Below, piece after piece: positions 1 to 9,404 of a stretch of DNA of 24,000 nt. The notes beneath the pieces were generated by a model that was not told the DNA's origin, did no database searches, and saw only the letters and a list, made by a program, of their open reading frames with translations. Origin of the DNA: Citrobacter sp. OP27 (lineage in GTDB: Bacteria; Pseudomonadota; Gammaproteobacteria; Enterobacterales; Enterobacteriaceae). Each line of letters starts with the position of its first letter. The first letter of the stretch is position 1. The position numbers and the translations under genes were made by a program. The stretch is from positions 2,933,238-2,957,237 of the forward strand of contig CP191518.1 of assembly GCA_050516505.1 (NCBI GenBank), in the 5' to 3' direction.

Positions 1-1
1 C

Positions 2-802
2 GCCGGGGCAGAATATCAGCGTGCTGCGCTGATCAGCGCCCTGCAAACCTGTTTCCCGGACTGCGCCATTTATGACCGCAGCGACGTCGCGGTGCGTAAA
101 AAAGAAGGTATGGAATTAACGCAGGGTCCTGTCACCGGCGAAATGCCGCCTGCCTTGCTGCCAATCGAAGAGCACGGTATGAAGCTGCTGGTTGATATCC
201 AGAATGGCCACAAAACCGGTTATTACCTCGATCAGCGCGACAGCCGTTTGGCGACGCGTCGCTACGTCGCTGACAAACGCGTGCTGAACTGCTTCTCCTA
301 TACTGGTGGTTTCGCCGTTTCTGCTCTGATGGGCGGTTGCCGTCAGGTCATTAGCGTCGATACCTCACAGGAAGCGCTGGATATCGCTAAGCAGAACGTG
401 GAGCTCAACAAGCTCGACCTGAGTAAAGCAGAATTCGTACGTGATGATGTATTCAAACTGCTGCGCAAATATCGCGACGAAGGCGAGAAGTTTGACGTGA
501 TCGTGATGGATCCGCCGAAGTTCGTGGAAAATAAAAACCAGTTGATGGGTGCCTGCCGCGGCTATAAAGATATCAATATGCTGGCTATCCAGCTGTTGAA
601 TCCGGGCGGCGTGCTGATGACCTACTCCTGCTCCGGCCTGATGACCACCGATTTATTTCAAAAAATCATCGCCGATGCCGCAGTTGATGCCGGGCGTGAT
701 GTACAATTTATAGAGCAGTTCCGTCAGGCAGCCGATCACCCGGTGATCGCGACCTACCCGGAAGGGCTGTATCTGAAAGGATTTGCCTGTCGCGTCATGT
801 AA
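2..802 (+). CDS. rlmI: 23S rRNA m5C1962 methyltransferase RlmI, C-terminal part (5' end lies upstream of the window)
   Basis: The frame is open from base 2 ([15 protein letters not shown]...) into track ORF 92..802. SAM-methyltransferase motifs are present ([20 protein letters not shown]). The C-terminus ...[13 protein letters not shown] matches my recollection of E. coli RlmI/YccW. Confidence 0.93.
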   Translation, partial: AGAEYQRAALISALQTCFPDCAIYDRSDVAVRKKEGMELTQGPVTGEMPPALLPIEEHGMKLLVDIQNGHKTGYYLDQRDSRLATRRYVADKRVLNCFSYTGGFAVSALMGGCRQVISVDTSQEALDIAKQNVELNKLDLSKAEFVRDDVFKLLRKYRDEGEKFDVIVMDPPKFVENKNQLMGACRGYKDINMLAIQLLNPGGVLMTYSCSGLMTTDLFQKIIADAAVDAGRDVQFIEQFRQAADHPVIATYPEGLYLKGFACRVM

Positions 803-865
803 GTTGAAAAGTGAAACATTGCCCTCATATTTAATGTCAGTAATGTTTCCCGGGAGGTGACTATG

Positions 866-1183
866 ATGATTGCCAGCAAATTTGGTATCGGCCAGCAGGT
901 CCGCCATTCGCTGTTAGGGTATCTTGGCGTGATTGTCGATATCGATCCGGAATACTCCCTGGATGAGCCCTCGGATGATGAGGTCGCGGTGAACGATGAT
1001 CTGCGCACTTCACCGTGGTATCACGTGGTGATGGAAGATGATGACGGCGAACCCGTTCATACGTATCTCGCGGAAGCCCAGTTGCAAAACGAAGCCAACG
1101 ACGAGCACCCGGAACAACCATCGATGGACGAACTGGCGCAAACCATTCGCCAACAACTTCAGGCACCTCGCCTGCGCAACTGA
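866..1183 (+). CDS. hspQ: Heat shock protein HspQ (YccV, hemimethylated-DNA-binding family)
   Basis: Track ORF 857..1183. From the third start the product [22 protein letters not shown]...QLQAPRLRN has 105 aa, as in E. coli HspQ. A GGGAGG SD lies at 852-857. GTG 857 and ATG 863 are alternative starts. Confidence 0.9.
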   Translation: MIASKFGIGQQVRHSLLGYLGVIVDIDPEYSLDEPSDDEVAVNDDLRTSPWYHVVMEDDDGEPVHTYLAEAQLQNEANDEHPEQPSMDELAQTIRQQLQAPRLRN

Positions 1184-1184
1184 T

Positions 1185-1211
1185 AAAAAACCCCGCCAAA
1201 GCGGGGTTTTT
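1185..1211. terminator. Bidirectional rho-independent terminator between convergent hspQ and yccU
   Basis: A6 (1185-1190), stem CCCCGC (1191-1196), loop CAAA, stem GCGGGG (1201-1206), then T5 (1207-1211). It fills the 29-nt gap between the two stop codons. Confidence 0.85.
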
Positions 1212-1212
1212 C

Positions 1213-1626
1213 TTATTTCGCGAGCCCCAGACGGGGGATTTCAATCGCAGGACATTTATCCATCACCACCTTCAATCCTGCATCCTGTGCCAGTACGGCG
1301 GCCTGTTCATTTATAACACCCAGCTGCATCCACAGCGTTTTAGCGCCAATCGCAATCGCCTCCTGCGCCACGCCCCAGGCTGCCTCTGAATTGCGGAACA
1401 CGTCCACCATATCCACTTTTTCAGGCACCTCCGCCAGCGTGCCGTAACCCTGCTGGCCAAGTAACGTTTTACCCGCCACTTTCGGTGACACAGGAATGAC
1501 GTGATAACCCTGGTCCAACAGATATTTCATCACCCGGTAGCTTGGGCGGTCCGGCTTATCGCTCGCCCCCACCAGCGCAATGGTTCGGGTCTCGTTCAAA
1601 ATGCCTGCAATTTCGTTCTCTTTCAT
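1213..1626 (-). CDS. yccU: CoA-binding domain protein YccU
   Basis: Track ORF 1213..1680, trimmed to the internal ATG (complement of 1624-1626) preceded by GGAGGA. This gives 137 aa, [36 protein letters not shown]..., the E. coli YccU length and sequence pattern. Confidence 0.9.
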   Translation of the reverse strand: MKENEIAGILNETRTIALVGASDKPDRPSYRVMKYLLDQGYHVIPVSPKVAGKTLLGQQGYGTLAEVPEKVDMVDVFRNSEAAWGVAQEAIAIGAKTLWMQLGVINEQAAVLAQDAGLKVVMDKCPAIEIPRLGLAK

Positions 1627-1794
1627 TATTTCCTCCGGGCAATTTTGCAAAGTGTACGACAATCCTGATAGGCGAGCCATTCAGTCATACCAGAGTATGA
1701 GGGCAGAACCGGGAATCATGTCTATATGTTAATAAAAAGCGATTTCGTAAAGATTTGATACACTCAACAGGCAGGCATTTTTCAGGAGATAGCA

Positions 1795-2457
1795 ATGAGA
1801 ACGAGGATGGCCATTATGTGTCTGTTGCTTCTGATGCCTGTCAGCGTATTTGCCACGACGCTTCGGCTCTCAGGTGACATTGATTTGCTGGTACTGGACG
1901 GCAAGAAAGTGTCCAGCCTGCTGTTACGTGGCGCAGAGAGCCTTGAAGTGGATAACGGCCTGCATCAGGTCGTCTTTCGCGTTGAGAAAATGATTATATT
2001 GCCCGATCAAAATCGTCAGCTTTACGTCTCGCCGCCGCTGATTGCCAACTTTAATTCTCAACTGGTCGGACAAATAAACTTCAGCCTGCCTAAGCTCGAA
2101 ACATTGGAAGATACGCAGACCTTCACCTCGACGCCGCACGTCAGCTTGCTGGATGGCAACGCTATGCCGATTCCGGTCAAACTCGATATTCTGGCGATCA
2201 CGCAGCCAGGCGATAACATCGATTATGAAAAGGCGACGGAGGCTTACAACCTCGCCAATAAGCAGGCGTCAAGCACACAGTTCAGCACGCCGCAGTCCGA
2301 CGACAGCACGCTGTTATCAAAAAATAACGAGCTGGATAACCCGGCTTATCAGTCGCAAACATTGACTGAACAACGGCTGAAATACTGGTTTCAGCTGGCC
2401 GACCCGCAAACCCGCAGCCGCTTTCTCGAATGGGCAAAATCGCAGCCATCCTCCTGA
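1795..2457 (+). CDS. yccT: Periplasmic UPF0319 protein YccT (reported as curli inhibitor CsgI in E. coli)
   Basis: 220 aa with an AGGAG SD upstream. Signal peptide [20 protein letters not shown]|TT. Conserved blocks [17 protein letters not shown] and [16 protein letters not shown] as in E. coli YccT. Confidence 0.9.
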   Translation: MRTRMAIMCLLLLMPVSVFATTLRLSGDIDLLVLDGKKVSSLLLRGAESLEVDNGLHQVVFRVEKMIILPDQNRQLYVSPPLIANFNSQLVGQINFSLPKLETLEDTQTFTSTPHVSLLDGNAMPIPVKLDILAITQPGDNIDYEKATEAYNLANKQASSTQFSTPQSDDSTLLSKNNELDNPAYQSQTLTEQRLKYWFQLADPQTRSRFLEWAKSQPSS

Positions 2458-2551
2458 TATCATGACGTAGCGCAGGAAAATTCGCCGTTGCCGCTTGCAG
2501 CAACAGTCACTTCCAGTAATCTGTCGGCATGTTGAATGGTGGAAAATAATT

Positions 2552-3010
2552 ATGGAACAGACAACCCGCACCCTACCGGGCCGAAAGCATATCGCCCTGG
2601 TCGCGCACGATCACTGTAAGCAGATGCTGAAAGCCTGGGTTGAGCGTCATCAGCCACTGTTGGCTCAGCATGAACTTTATGGCACCGGCACCACCGGTAA
2701 TCTGGTGCAACGCGCAACCGGCCTGGACGTCACGGCCATGTTGAGCGGCCCAATGGGCGGCGATCAGCAGGTCGGCGCGATGATTGCGGAAGGTAAAATT
2801 GACGTTCTGATCTTCTTTTGGGATCCGCTGAATGCCGTGCCGCACGATCCGGATGTCAAAGCTCTTTTACGTCTGGCTACCGTGTGGAACATTCCGGTAG
2901 CGACCAACGTTGCCACCGCGGATTTCATTATCCTGTCGGCTAATTTCAACGCGCCGGTAGATATTCAAATCCCTGACTATCAGCGTTATCTGGCCGAGCG
3001 CCTTAAGTAA
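2552..3010 (+). CDS. mgsA: Methylglyoxal synthase
   Basis: Track ORF 2495..3010, trimmed to ATG 2552. This gives 152 aa, [24 protein letters not shown]..., with the MGS active-site region VAHDHCK and the GPMGGDQQ block. Length matches E. coli MgsA. Confidence 0.93.
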   Translation: MEQTTRTLPGRKHIALVAHDHCKQMLKAWVERHQPLLAQHELYGTGTTGNLVQRATGLDVTAMLSGPMGGDQQVGAMIAEGKIDVLIFFWDPLNAVPHDPDVKALLRLATVWNIPVATNVATADFIILSANFNAPVDIQIPDYQRYLAERLK

Positions 3011-3039
3011 TAATAAGCCCAGCGGCACTGCGTTTGCAT

Positions 3040-3064
3040 GGGCCTACTTTGAAAGGGTAGGCCC
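3040..3064. terminator. Hairpin between convergent mgsA and helD (possible terminator or REP-like remnant)
   Basis: GGGCCTAC (3040-3047) pairs with GTAGGCCC (3057-3064) around a 9-nt loop. No flanking T-run is present. The GGCCTAC motif resembles the end of enterobacterial REP elements. Confidence 0.35.
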
Positions 3065-3078
3065 GGCCAGTCTCAAAG

Positions 3079-5133
3079 TCAGGGTTTACGGGCGACCGGC
3101 ACATCCAGATATTTCAGCACATCGACAAACACCGACGGCTCCTGCTTATTGAACATCAGCCACACCCGCTGGCGCGCACGCGTCATGGCGACGTACAGCA
3201 AACGCCTTTCTTCGGCATCCGGGAAATCCTCCGGTTGCGGCAGCAACGCCTGTTCCATGATTGACTCCCGCGCGGGTGCCGGGAATGCGTCCTGCCCCTC
3301 CTGCAAACCAAGCACAATCGCGTAATCCGCCTGCTGACCTTTGCTGGCGTGAATGGTCATAAAATCAATCTGCAATTTCGGCCAACGGGTCGCCGCTTTT
3401 TCCAGCGCAGGAGGTTTCAGATGGTGATACCGCGCCATAATTAAAATGCGCTGTTCCGGCTTCGCAAAACCGCTGAGTTTATCGAGCAATGCATCAAGCT
3501 GATCGTCCGGCAACAGCGTGACGGCTTTCTTGTCACCCGTGGTCAGGCTGTTAAGCGGCTTGCTCAGTTGATGCGGGTTTTGCTGAATAAACCGGTTAGC
3601 GATTTCACCAATTCGGCTGTTAAAACGGTAAGTGGTATCCAGCGCGCAGTTGTCGCCTTCGCCGAAATAATCCGTAAATGCGGTGGTCAGCGAGAGTTGT
3701 GCGCCGCTAAAACGGTAGATTGCCTGCCAGTCATCGCCCACCGCAAACAGGGTGGTTTGTGAATTCTGCTTACGCAGCGCTGCCAGTAGGGCCGCACGTT
3801 GCGGGGAGATATCCTGAAATTCATCCACCAGAATGTGCTTCCAGGGGCTGACGAAACGGCCTTTCTCCAGCACATTGATGGCCTGATGAATCAGTCCGGA
3901 GAAATCGACCGCGCCTTCATCTTTCAATGCCGTTTTCCATGCTTTCAGCAGCGGAGCCATCAGCTTGACGCGCTTGCCAAACAGCTCGCGAATTTCTTCC
4001 GGCGCGCTTTCGATCATTTCAGCTTGTGACCCCCCGTGGGAACGCATCAGGCTGACCCAGCGATCGAGGCGGCTGCCCATTCGACGCACAATTTTAGGGT
4101 CGTGCCAGTAGTCTTCCTCCGGCACGTCCCACTCCATTTCTTCCTCAAGCCACTGCCGCCAGCCTTTGGCCTGCGCCTTTTTCTCCTGACACTGCTGCTG
4201 CCAGCATTTTGTCAGCAGCGACTGGCGCGCAGAGGCATCATTTTCCAGCTTGCTGATAACCGGCACTTTTTTGCTGCCCTGCTGGATAATGTGCAGCGCG
4301 AGCGCATGGAACGTTTTCGCGCTGATGGCCTCGGTATTAAGACGTTCACGGATGCGCTCGTCCATTTCCTGCGCCGCTTTGCGACCAAATGCCAACAGTA
4401 AAATCTGGTCGGCGGCCGCTTCGCCGCGTGTCAGCAGCCATCCGGCACGGGCCACCAGCACCGACGTTTTACCACTGCCCGCGCCGGCCAACACCAGAAG
4501 AGAACGCTCACCATTCACCACCGCACGCGCCTGAGCATCGTTGAGCGGTGAGGATTCAATCCCCCGGAAAAATGCGGCGTACTGCGTCAGCATCGTTTCA
4601 GTAAATGCCTGGTTATGCTTGAGTCGACTGGCATCCCGGTCTTTCAGCCAGGCCTGACACTGCTGCCAACGTTCGCGGCAATTGTCGAAACTGTCCAGAC
4701 GGGCCACAGGTACAGGTAATGCTTCCAGAGCGTTGAGGATTTTTTGTCGCAATTGTCCGACTGCCTCGCGGGTCAACCATTTGCCTTCCGCGCTGTGGCG
4801 AGAGATAACCGTCAACTGCTGCTGTAAAACGTCGGCGGCAATGACGCTCATTTCATCACTCCACTGCTGCCAGCGGCTTTGCAGATGATGATGAAAACGT
4901 TGCGTGTCGGCCCATTCAGTGCCATGCAGGCGGACCACTTTGTTATCCGGCAGTACGAACTCCAGCTCGCCCCACACCAGGCCGCGCTTACAATGAATGG
5001 CGGTCAGCTGATTAAATGGAATCAGGTATTCATGGCGATCGCCGGAGACTTTGACCCCGGCATTCAGGAGTTCTACCCGGTCATAGGGGTGCTGCGCCAT
5101 GCGTTTGCCGAGGGCTGTTGCTTTTAGTTCCAT
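3079..5133 (-). CDS. helD: DNA helicase IV (UvrD/Rep superfamily 1)
   Basis: 684 aa, the same length as E. coli HelD. Walker A AGAGSGKTS, motif II VDEFQDISP, and N-terminus MELKATALGKRMAQHPYDR. Confidence 0.95.
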   Translation of the reverse strand: MELKATALGKRMAQHPYDRVELLNAGVKVSGDRHEYLIPFNQLTAIHCKRGLVWGELEFVLPDNKVVRLHGTEWADTQRFHHHLQSRWQQWSDEMSVIAADVLQQQLTVISRHSAEGKWLTREAVGQLRQKILNALEALPVPVARLDSFDNCRERWQQCQAWLKDRDASRLKHNQAFTETMLTQYAAFFRGIESSPLNDAQARAVVNGERSLLVLAGAGSGKTSVLVARAGWLLTRGEAAADQILLLAFGRKAAQEMDERIRERLNTEAISAKTFHALALHIIQQGSKKVPVISKLENDASARQSLLTKCWQQQCQEKKAQAKGWRQWLEEEMEWDVPEEDYWHDPKIVRRMGSRLDRWVSLMRSHGGSQAEMIESAPEEIRELFGKRVKLMAPLLKAWKTALKDEGAVDFSGLIHQAINVLEKGRFVSPWKHILVDEFQDISPQRAALLAALRKQNSQTTLFAVGDDWQAIYRFSGAQLSLTTAFTDYFGEGDNCALDTTYRFNSRIGEIANRFIQQNPHQLSKPLNSLTTGDKKAVTLLPDDQLDALLDKLSGFAKPEQRILIMARYHHLKPPALEKAATRWPKLQIDFMTIHASKGQQADYAIVLGLQEGQDAFPAPARESIMEQALLPQPEDFPDAEERRLLYVAMTRARQRVWLMFNKQEPSVFVDVLKYLDVPVARKP

Positions 5134-5257
5134 GTCTTGCCAAATCCCGGATGTAGACTTATGTATGACAGTGTAACCGCCAGATTCCAGGTGCTCCAGC
5201 GCTAAAAAACGTTACAATCGTCGGGTCTTTCTTTTCACAGGACTGAACAGAGGTTAT

Positions 5258-5704
5258 ATGCGTACCGTTCTGAATATTTTGAATTTTGTATTGGGTGGTT
5301 TTCTTACCACGCTGGGCTGGCTGCTGGCCACGGTCGTCAGTATGGTATTGATCATTACGTTACCCCTGACCCGCTCTTGCTGGGAAATCACTAAACTGTC
5401 GTTTCTGCCGTTCGGTAATGAAGCCGTGCATGTGGATGAACTGAATCCTGGCGAAAAAAACGGGCTGATGAATACCGGCGGGACGCTGCTGAACATTCTG
5501 TGGTTCGTGCTGTTCGGCTGGTGGTTGTGCCTGACGCACATCGTCGCGGGCATTGCGCAGTGTATTACTATCATTGCCATTCCGGTTGGGATCGCCAACT
5601 TTAAGATTGCCGCTATCGCCCTGTGGCCCGTTGGCCGCCGCGTGGTTTCCGTTGAAACTGCCCGTGCCGCGCGTGAAGCCAATGCGCGTCGCCGATTTCA
5701 ATGA
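5258..5704 (+). CDS. yccF: Inner membrane protein YccF (DUF307)
   Basis: 148 aa, strongly hydrophobic, with a duplicated YccF-type membrane motif (LNILNFVLGG... / LLNILWFVLFGWW...). Length and position match E. coli yccF. Confidence 0.9.
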   Translation: MRTVLNILNFVLGGFLTTLGWLLATVVSMVLIITLPLTRSCWEITKLSFLPFGNEAVHVDELNPGEKNGLMNTGGTLLNILWFVLFGWWLCLTHIVAGIAQCITIIAIPVGIANFKIAAIALWPVGRRVVSVETARAAREANARRRFQ

Positions 5705-5721
5705 TCGGAACGGATTCCCGC

Positions 5722-7857
5722 ATGCTAAGCCCAATATTGCGCCGTTATACGTGGAACAGCGTCTGGCTGTATAACGCCAGAATTTTTATCGCACTGTGTG
5801 GCACCGCCGCGCTGCCGTGGTGCCTTGGCGAAGTGAAACTCACCATCCCACTGACGCTGGGTGTCGTGGCTGCTGCGCTGGCCGATCTCGATGACAGGCT
5901 TGCCGGACGACTGCGTAATCTGATGATTACGCTGGTGTGCTTTTTCATTGCCTCGGCATCCGTCGAGCTGCTTTTCCCATGGCCGTGGGCATTTGCGCTC
6001 GGCCTGACGTTGTCCACCAGCGGCTTCATCCTGCTGGGCGGCCTGGGTCAGCGCTATGCGACCATCGCCTTTGGCGCGTTGTTGATAGCCATCTACACCA
6101 TGCTTGGCGTGTCGCTTTACGAGCACTGGTATCAACAACCACTGCTGCTGCTCGCGGGCGCGGTGTGGTACAACCTGCTGACGCTGACTGGCCATCTGAT
6201 TTTCCCTATTCGTCCGTTGCAGGATAATCTCGCCCGCAGCTATGAACAGCTCGCGCATTATCTTGAACTCAAGTCGCGTCTTTTTGACCCGGATATCGAG
6301 AATGAAACACAGGCCCCGTTGGTTGAACTGGCGATGGCTAACGGACAGTTGGTTGCCACGCTGAATCAGACGAAAGCTTCGCTGCTGACTCGTTTACGCG
6401 GCGATCGCGGACAACGTGGCACACGCCGCACGCTGCATTATTATTTCGCTGCACAGGATATCCACGAGCGGGCCAGCTCCTCGCACATTCAGTATCAGTC
6501 CCTTCGCGATAACTTCCGCTACAGCGACGTCATGTTCCGCTTCCAGCGCCTGCTTTCGATGCAATCCCAGGCGTGTATCCAGCTTTCTCGCTCCATTTTG
6601 CTGCGTACGCCTTACCAGCATGACGCACGCTTTGAGCGGGCCTTCACCCATCTGAATGCAGCGCTCGAGAGAGTCAGCGCCAACGGAGCAGATAAAGAGC
6701 AGATGAAAGCGCTGGGGTTTCTGCTAAACAACCTGCACGCCATTGATGCCCAGCTGGCAACCATTGAGTCTGAGCAGCAGTTAGCCATGCCGCAGAGCGA
6801 GACCGAAACACAGCTGGCCGACGATAGATTGAATGGGTTCAGTGATGTCTGGCTGCGACTGAGCCGCAACTTTTCCGCCGAGTCAGCCCTGTTCCGCCAT
6901 GCGGTCAGGATGTCATTGGTTCTCTGTGCGGGCTATGCGTTTATCCAGTTCACCGGGATGAATCATGGCTACTGGATCCTGCTCACCAGCCTGTTCGTCT
7001 GCCAACCGAACTATAATGCGACGCGCCACCGGTTGGCGCTTCGTGTCATTGGCACGCTGATAGGCGTGGCCATCGGCCTGCCGGTACTACTGTTGGTGCC
7101 GTCAATTGAAGGACAGTTGTTGCTCATTGTGCTGACCGGGGTGCTGTTTTTCGCTTTCAGAAATATTCAGTACGCCCATGCAACGATGTTCATCACTCTG
7201 CTGGTACTGCTGTGTTTCAATCTGCTGGGCGAAGGATTTGAAGTCGCCCTGCCGCGCATCATTGATACGCTTATCGGCTGCGCCATCGCGTGGGCGGCGG
7301 TGACCTTTATCTGGCCAGACTGGAAATTCCGTAATCTGCCAACGGTCATGGCGCGGGCCGTTGATGCGAACTGCCGCTATCTGGATGCGATTCTGGAGCA
7401 ATACCATCAGGGGCGTGATAACCGTCTGCCCTATCGTATTGCCCGTCGCGATGCGCACAATCGCGATGCGGAACTGGCGTCCGTGGTCTCGAACATGTCT
7501 ACCGAGCCGCGCGTGACGGCAGAAATGCGGGAAACGGCCTTCCGACTGCTGTGCCTGAATCATACCTTTACCAGCTATATTTCCGCGCTGGGCGCACATC
7601 GGGAACGGTTAACCAACCCAGAGATCCTGGCGTTGCTGGATGATGCAGTTTGTTATGTTGACGATGCGTTTCATCATTCACCGTCGGATGAAAAACGCGT
7701 GCAGGAGGCACTGGCGGGCTTAATGGAACGGATCCATCATCTTGAACCCGGTTCAGAGAGTAAAGCCCCGCTAGTCCTCCAGCAGATTGGATTGATGGTA
7801 AGCCTGTTACCGGAATTTTGTCGCCTGCAGCAGCAGGTTACCCCTCTTCGGGCATAG
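5722..7857 (+). CDS. yccS: Inner membrane protein YccS (YccS/YhfK, FUSC-like family)
   Basis: Track ORF 5701..7857. MLSPILRRYTWNS... matches the E. coli YccS N-terminus as I recall it. It is a multi-TM protein with a central and C-terminal soluble region. The alternative ATG at 5701 overlaps the yccF stop (ATGA) and would add 7 aa. Confidence 0.88.
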   Translation: MLSPILRRYTWNSVWLYNARIFIALCGTAALPWCLGEVKLTIPLTLGVVAAALADLDDRLAGRLRNLMITLVCFFIASASVELLFPWPWAFALGLTLSTSGFILLGGLGQRYATIAFGALLIAIYTMLGVSLYEHWYQQPLLLLAGAVWYNLLTLTGHLIFPIRPLQDNLARSYEQLAHYLELKSRLFDPDIENETQAPLVELAMANGQLVATLNQTKASLLTRLRGDRGQRGTRRTLHYYFAAQDIHERASSSHIQYQSLRDNFRYSDVMFRFQRLLSMQSQACIQLSRSILLRTPYQHDARFERAFTHLNAALERVSANGADKEQMKALGFLLNNLHAIDAQLATIESEQQLAMPQSETETQLADDRLNGFSDVWLRLSRNFSAESALFRHAVRMSLVLCAGYAFIQFTGMNHGYWILLTSLFVCQPNYNATRHRLALRVIGTLIGVAIGLPVLLLVPSIEGQLLLIVLTGVLFFAFRNIQYAHATMFITLLVLLCFNLLGEGFEVALPRIIDTLIGCAIAWAAVTFIWPDWKFRNLPTVMARAVDANCRYLDAILEQYHQGRDNRLPYRIARRDAHNRDAELASVVSNMSTEPRVTAEMRETAFRLLCLNHTFTSYISALGAHRERLTNPEILALLDDAVCYVDDAFHHSPSDEKRVQEALAGLMERIHHLEPGSESKAPLVLQQIGLMVSLLPEFCRLQQQVTPLRA

Positions 7858-8467
7858 TGTTCTTTCTCCCCGTCAGCATCTCTGCCCATTCAAGGAGATG
7901 CTGACGGCGGTGCAAGGGAATAATGGCCGCATGCATTCCTGTTATCGCGCCCTCCAGTGCAAACAGCACATTGATGCTTAAATCCTTACGCATGGCACGA
8001 AGTCGGTACCAGGCCGCCGCTGCCCCCAGCTTTTGTAATGTCTCCAGATCGTGAATGCCTGCCTCCGTCAGCAGTAGCTCCAGTTGAAAACTGATATTGG
8101 GCAAATTGCGCATCCGCTGAGGGTCGCGTTGACGCTGTTTCTCGTTTTGCGCGCCACGGAGTGACATCGCTGACATGTTCAATAGCAGAGAGTGATTCTG
8201 CCAAAGGTTTTCGTCGACCCAATAGTAATTCAATGAGATCGGGCGACCCCTTTTAACAAGCGTTAATAACTGCGGTGGCGTTGTCGCGTTATAGGTCGCA
8301 CTTTGTTCACACACCCGGAGATAAAGTTCTCCATGAGCCACCATGGCGAAGACGGTGTCATCGACGGAAAGGCTATATCCCCCAAACAATGCACGGTGAT
8401 GAATTTTCCCCAAAGAAGACAAACATTCTTCACACTGATATATGCGTTTAAATGATAATTTTCCCAT
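7838..8467 (-). CDS. sxy: Competence regulator Sxy/TfoX (CRP-S co-activator)
   Basis: 209 aa, as in E. coli Sxy. TfoX N- and C-terminal domain pattern (FGGYSLSVDDTVFAMVAHGELYLR...; LPNISFQLE...LEGAITGMH). Confidence 0.9.
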   Translation of the reverse strand: MGKLSFKRIYQCEECLSSLGKIHHRALFGGYSLSVDDTVFAMVAHGELYLRVCEQSATYNATTPPQLLTLVKRGRPISLNYYWVDENLWQNHSLLLNMSAMSLRGAQNEKQRQRDPQRMRNLPNISFQLELLLTEAGIHDLETLQKLGAAAAWYRLRAMRKDLSINVLFALEGAITGMHAAIIPLHRRQHLLEWAEMLTGRKNTMPEEG

Positions 8468-8620
8468 GATTCTGTCCTGTAATCATGCAGTTAAATGAAA
8501 GGGTTCTGGTAGCGGATCCGTTAATGAAGAACATAAGGAAGTTCAATTACGGGGGCAAGAGGTTCTTATCCAGAGGTCCTTTTCTGTGCAAGATTTGCGA
8601 GGAGCTTTCAGAAAATGAGG

Positions 8621-8649
8621 TTGATCTTTAGTCTGACCAGGTATACTGT
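8621..8649 (+). promoter_or_regulatory. Candidate sigma70 promoter of sulA
   Basis: -35 TTGATC (8621-8626), 17-nt spacer, -10 TACTGT (8644-8649) embedded in the SOS box. This is the architecture I recall for E. coli sulA. Confidence 0.6.
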
Positions 8650-8663
8650 ATATTCATACAGTA
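8644..8663. promoter_or_regulatory. LexA operator (SOS box) of sulA
   Basis: TACTGTATATTCATACAGTA fits the consensus TACTG(TA)5CAGTA, with both CTG/CAG arms intact. It lies 22 nt upstream of the sulA ATG. Confidence 0.88.
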
Positions 8664-8684
8664 ACCCACAGGGCGGGATTCACT

Positions 8685-9182
8685 ATGTACACTTCAGGTT
8701 ATGCAAATCGCACATCAATGGCTTCTGCAGCGGCAGTCGACCATCCACAGCACAGTTCCACTGGGCTTATCAGCGAAGTGCTTTATCGTGAGGATCAGCC
8801 GATGATGACTCAACTGCTGCTGTTACCCCTTTTACAGCAGCTCGGCCAGCAAGAACGCTGGCAGCTGTGGCTCACGCCGCAGCAGAAACTGAGTCGTCAG
8901 TGGGTTCAGGCATCGGGCCTTCCGCTGTCTAAAGTCATGCAAGTTAGCCAAATGTTGCCAGAAATGACGCTTGAGTCGATGATTCGCGCACTTCGTACCG
9001 GGAACTATAGTGTTGTTATTGGTTGGGTTACTGAAGAGTTGAGCGAAGATGAACATCATCGACTCACGATTGCGGCCGAAGAAGGTAACGCAATGGGCTT
9101 TATTATGCGTCCTGTCAGAACCACTTCTCTGCCCACCAGACAGTTTTCTGGCCTTAAAATTCACTCTAATTTGTATCATTGA
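8685..9182 (+). CDS. sulA: SOS cell-division inhibitor SulA
   Basis: 165 aa, MYTSGYA...[46 protein letters not shown]...[10 protein letters not shown]. It closely parallels E. coli SulA. Confidence 0.95.
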   Translation: MYTSGYANRTSMASAAAVDHPQHSSTGLISEVLYREDQPMMTQLLLLPLLQQLGQQERWQLWLTPQQKLSRQWVQASGLPLSKVMQVSQMLPEMTLESMIRALRTGNYSVVIGWVTEELSEDEHHRLTIAAEEGNAMGFIMRPVRTTSLPTRQFSGLKIHSNLYH

Positions 9183-9225
9183 GTAAAATTAGGATTATTC
9201 CTAGCATTTTTTTTACCCTGTCTAT

Positions 9226-9247
9226 AACCCGCTATTTTTTGCGGGTT
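9226..9247 (+). terminator. Probable sulA terminator hairpin
   Basis: AACCCGC (9226-9232) pairs with GCGGGTT (9241-9247) around a T-rich 8-nt loop. The downstream tract (AATTT) is weak. Confidence 0.45.
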
Positions 9248-9369
9248 AATTTAGGAAAATGCTTGTCTGGTGCGGTTCTCAGCATTTTGTTCGGCACAAA
9301 AATTCAACATAAATGTTAAATATTGTGTATACAACTCTTTTTTTTTCATATGCCTGACAGAGTTCACAC

Positions 9370-9397
9370 TTGTAAGTTTTCAAGTACGTTGTAGACT
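9370..9397 (+). promoter_or_regulatory. ompA promoter
   Basis: -35 TTGTAA (9370-9375), 16-nt spacer, -10 TAGACT (9392-9397). The block TTGTAAGTTTTCAA.TACGTTGTAGACTTTACATCGCCAGGGG matches the E. coli ompA promoter as I recall it. The expected TSS is near 9405. Confidence 0.65.
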
Positions 9398-9404
9398 TTA
9401 CATC

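Noticed and set aside
1213-1680. N-terminal extensions in the ORF track for yccU (1680), mgsA (2495), ompA (9515), fabA (13056), pqiB (16377) and ycbX (21715).
   Set aside because: In each case an internal ATG preceded by an SD gives the conserved N-terminus and the canonical protein length (for example the signal peptide MKKTAIAIA for OmpA, or MVDKRES for FabA). The extensions run through promoter or operator DNA, or into the upstream gene.
3040-3064. The hairpin with GGCCTAC/GTAGGCC arms, considered as a REP/BIME repetitive element.
   Set aside because: Only the terminal heptamer resembles REP. The rest of the REP consensus is absent, and the motif occurs once in the window. I kept it only as a low-confidence terminator-like hairpin.
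8590-8612. A possible CRP-S site for sxy autoregulation: TGCGA at 8596-8600, followed by GGAGCT and then TTCAG/TCAGA.
   Set aside because: Only one half-site is convincing. The partner half matches TCGCA/TCACA poorly at the correct 6-nt spacing, and matches 4 of 5 only at a 7-nt spacing. That is not enough to call a site without a matrix score or a comparative alignment.
9183-9369. The AT-rich stretch with T8 and T9 runs between sulA and the ompA promoter, considered as a possible small RNA or small ORF locus.
   Set aside because: I found no SD-ATG ORF of meaningful length and no promoter-plus-terminator pair other than the sulA terminator hairpin. The stretch is consistent with an UP-element-like or curved upstream region of the strong ompA promoter.
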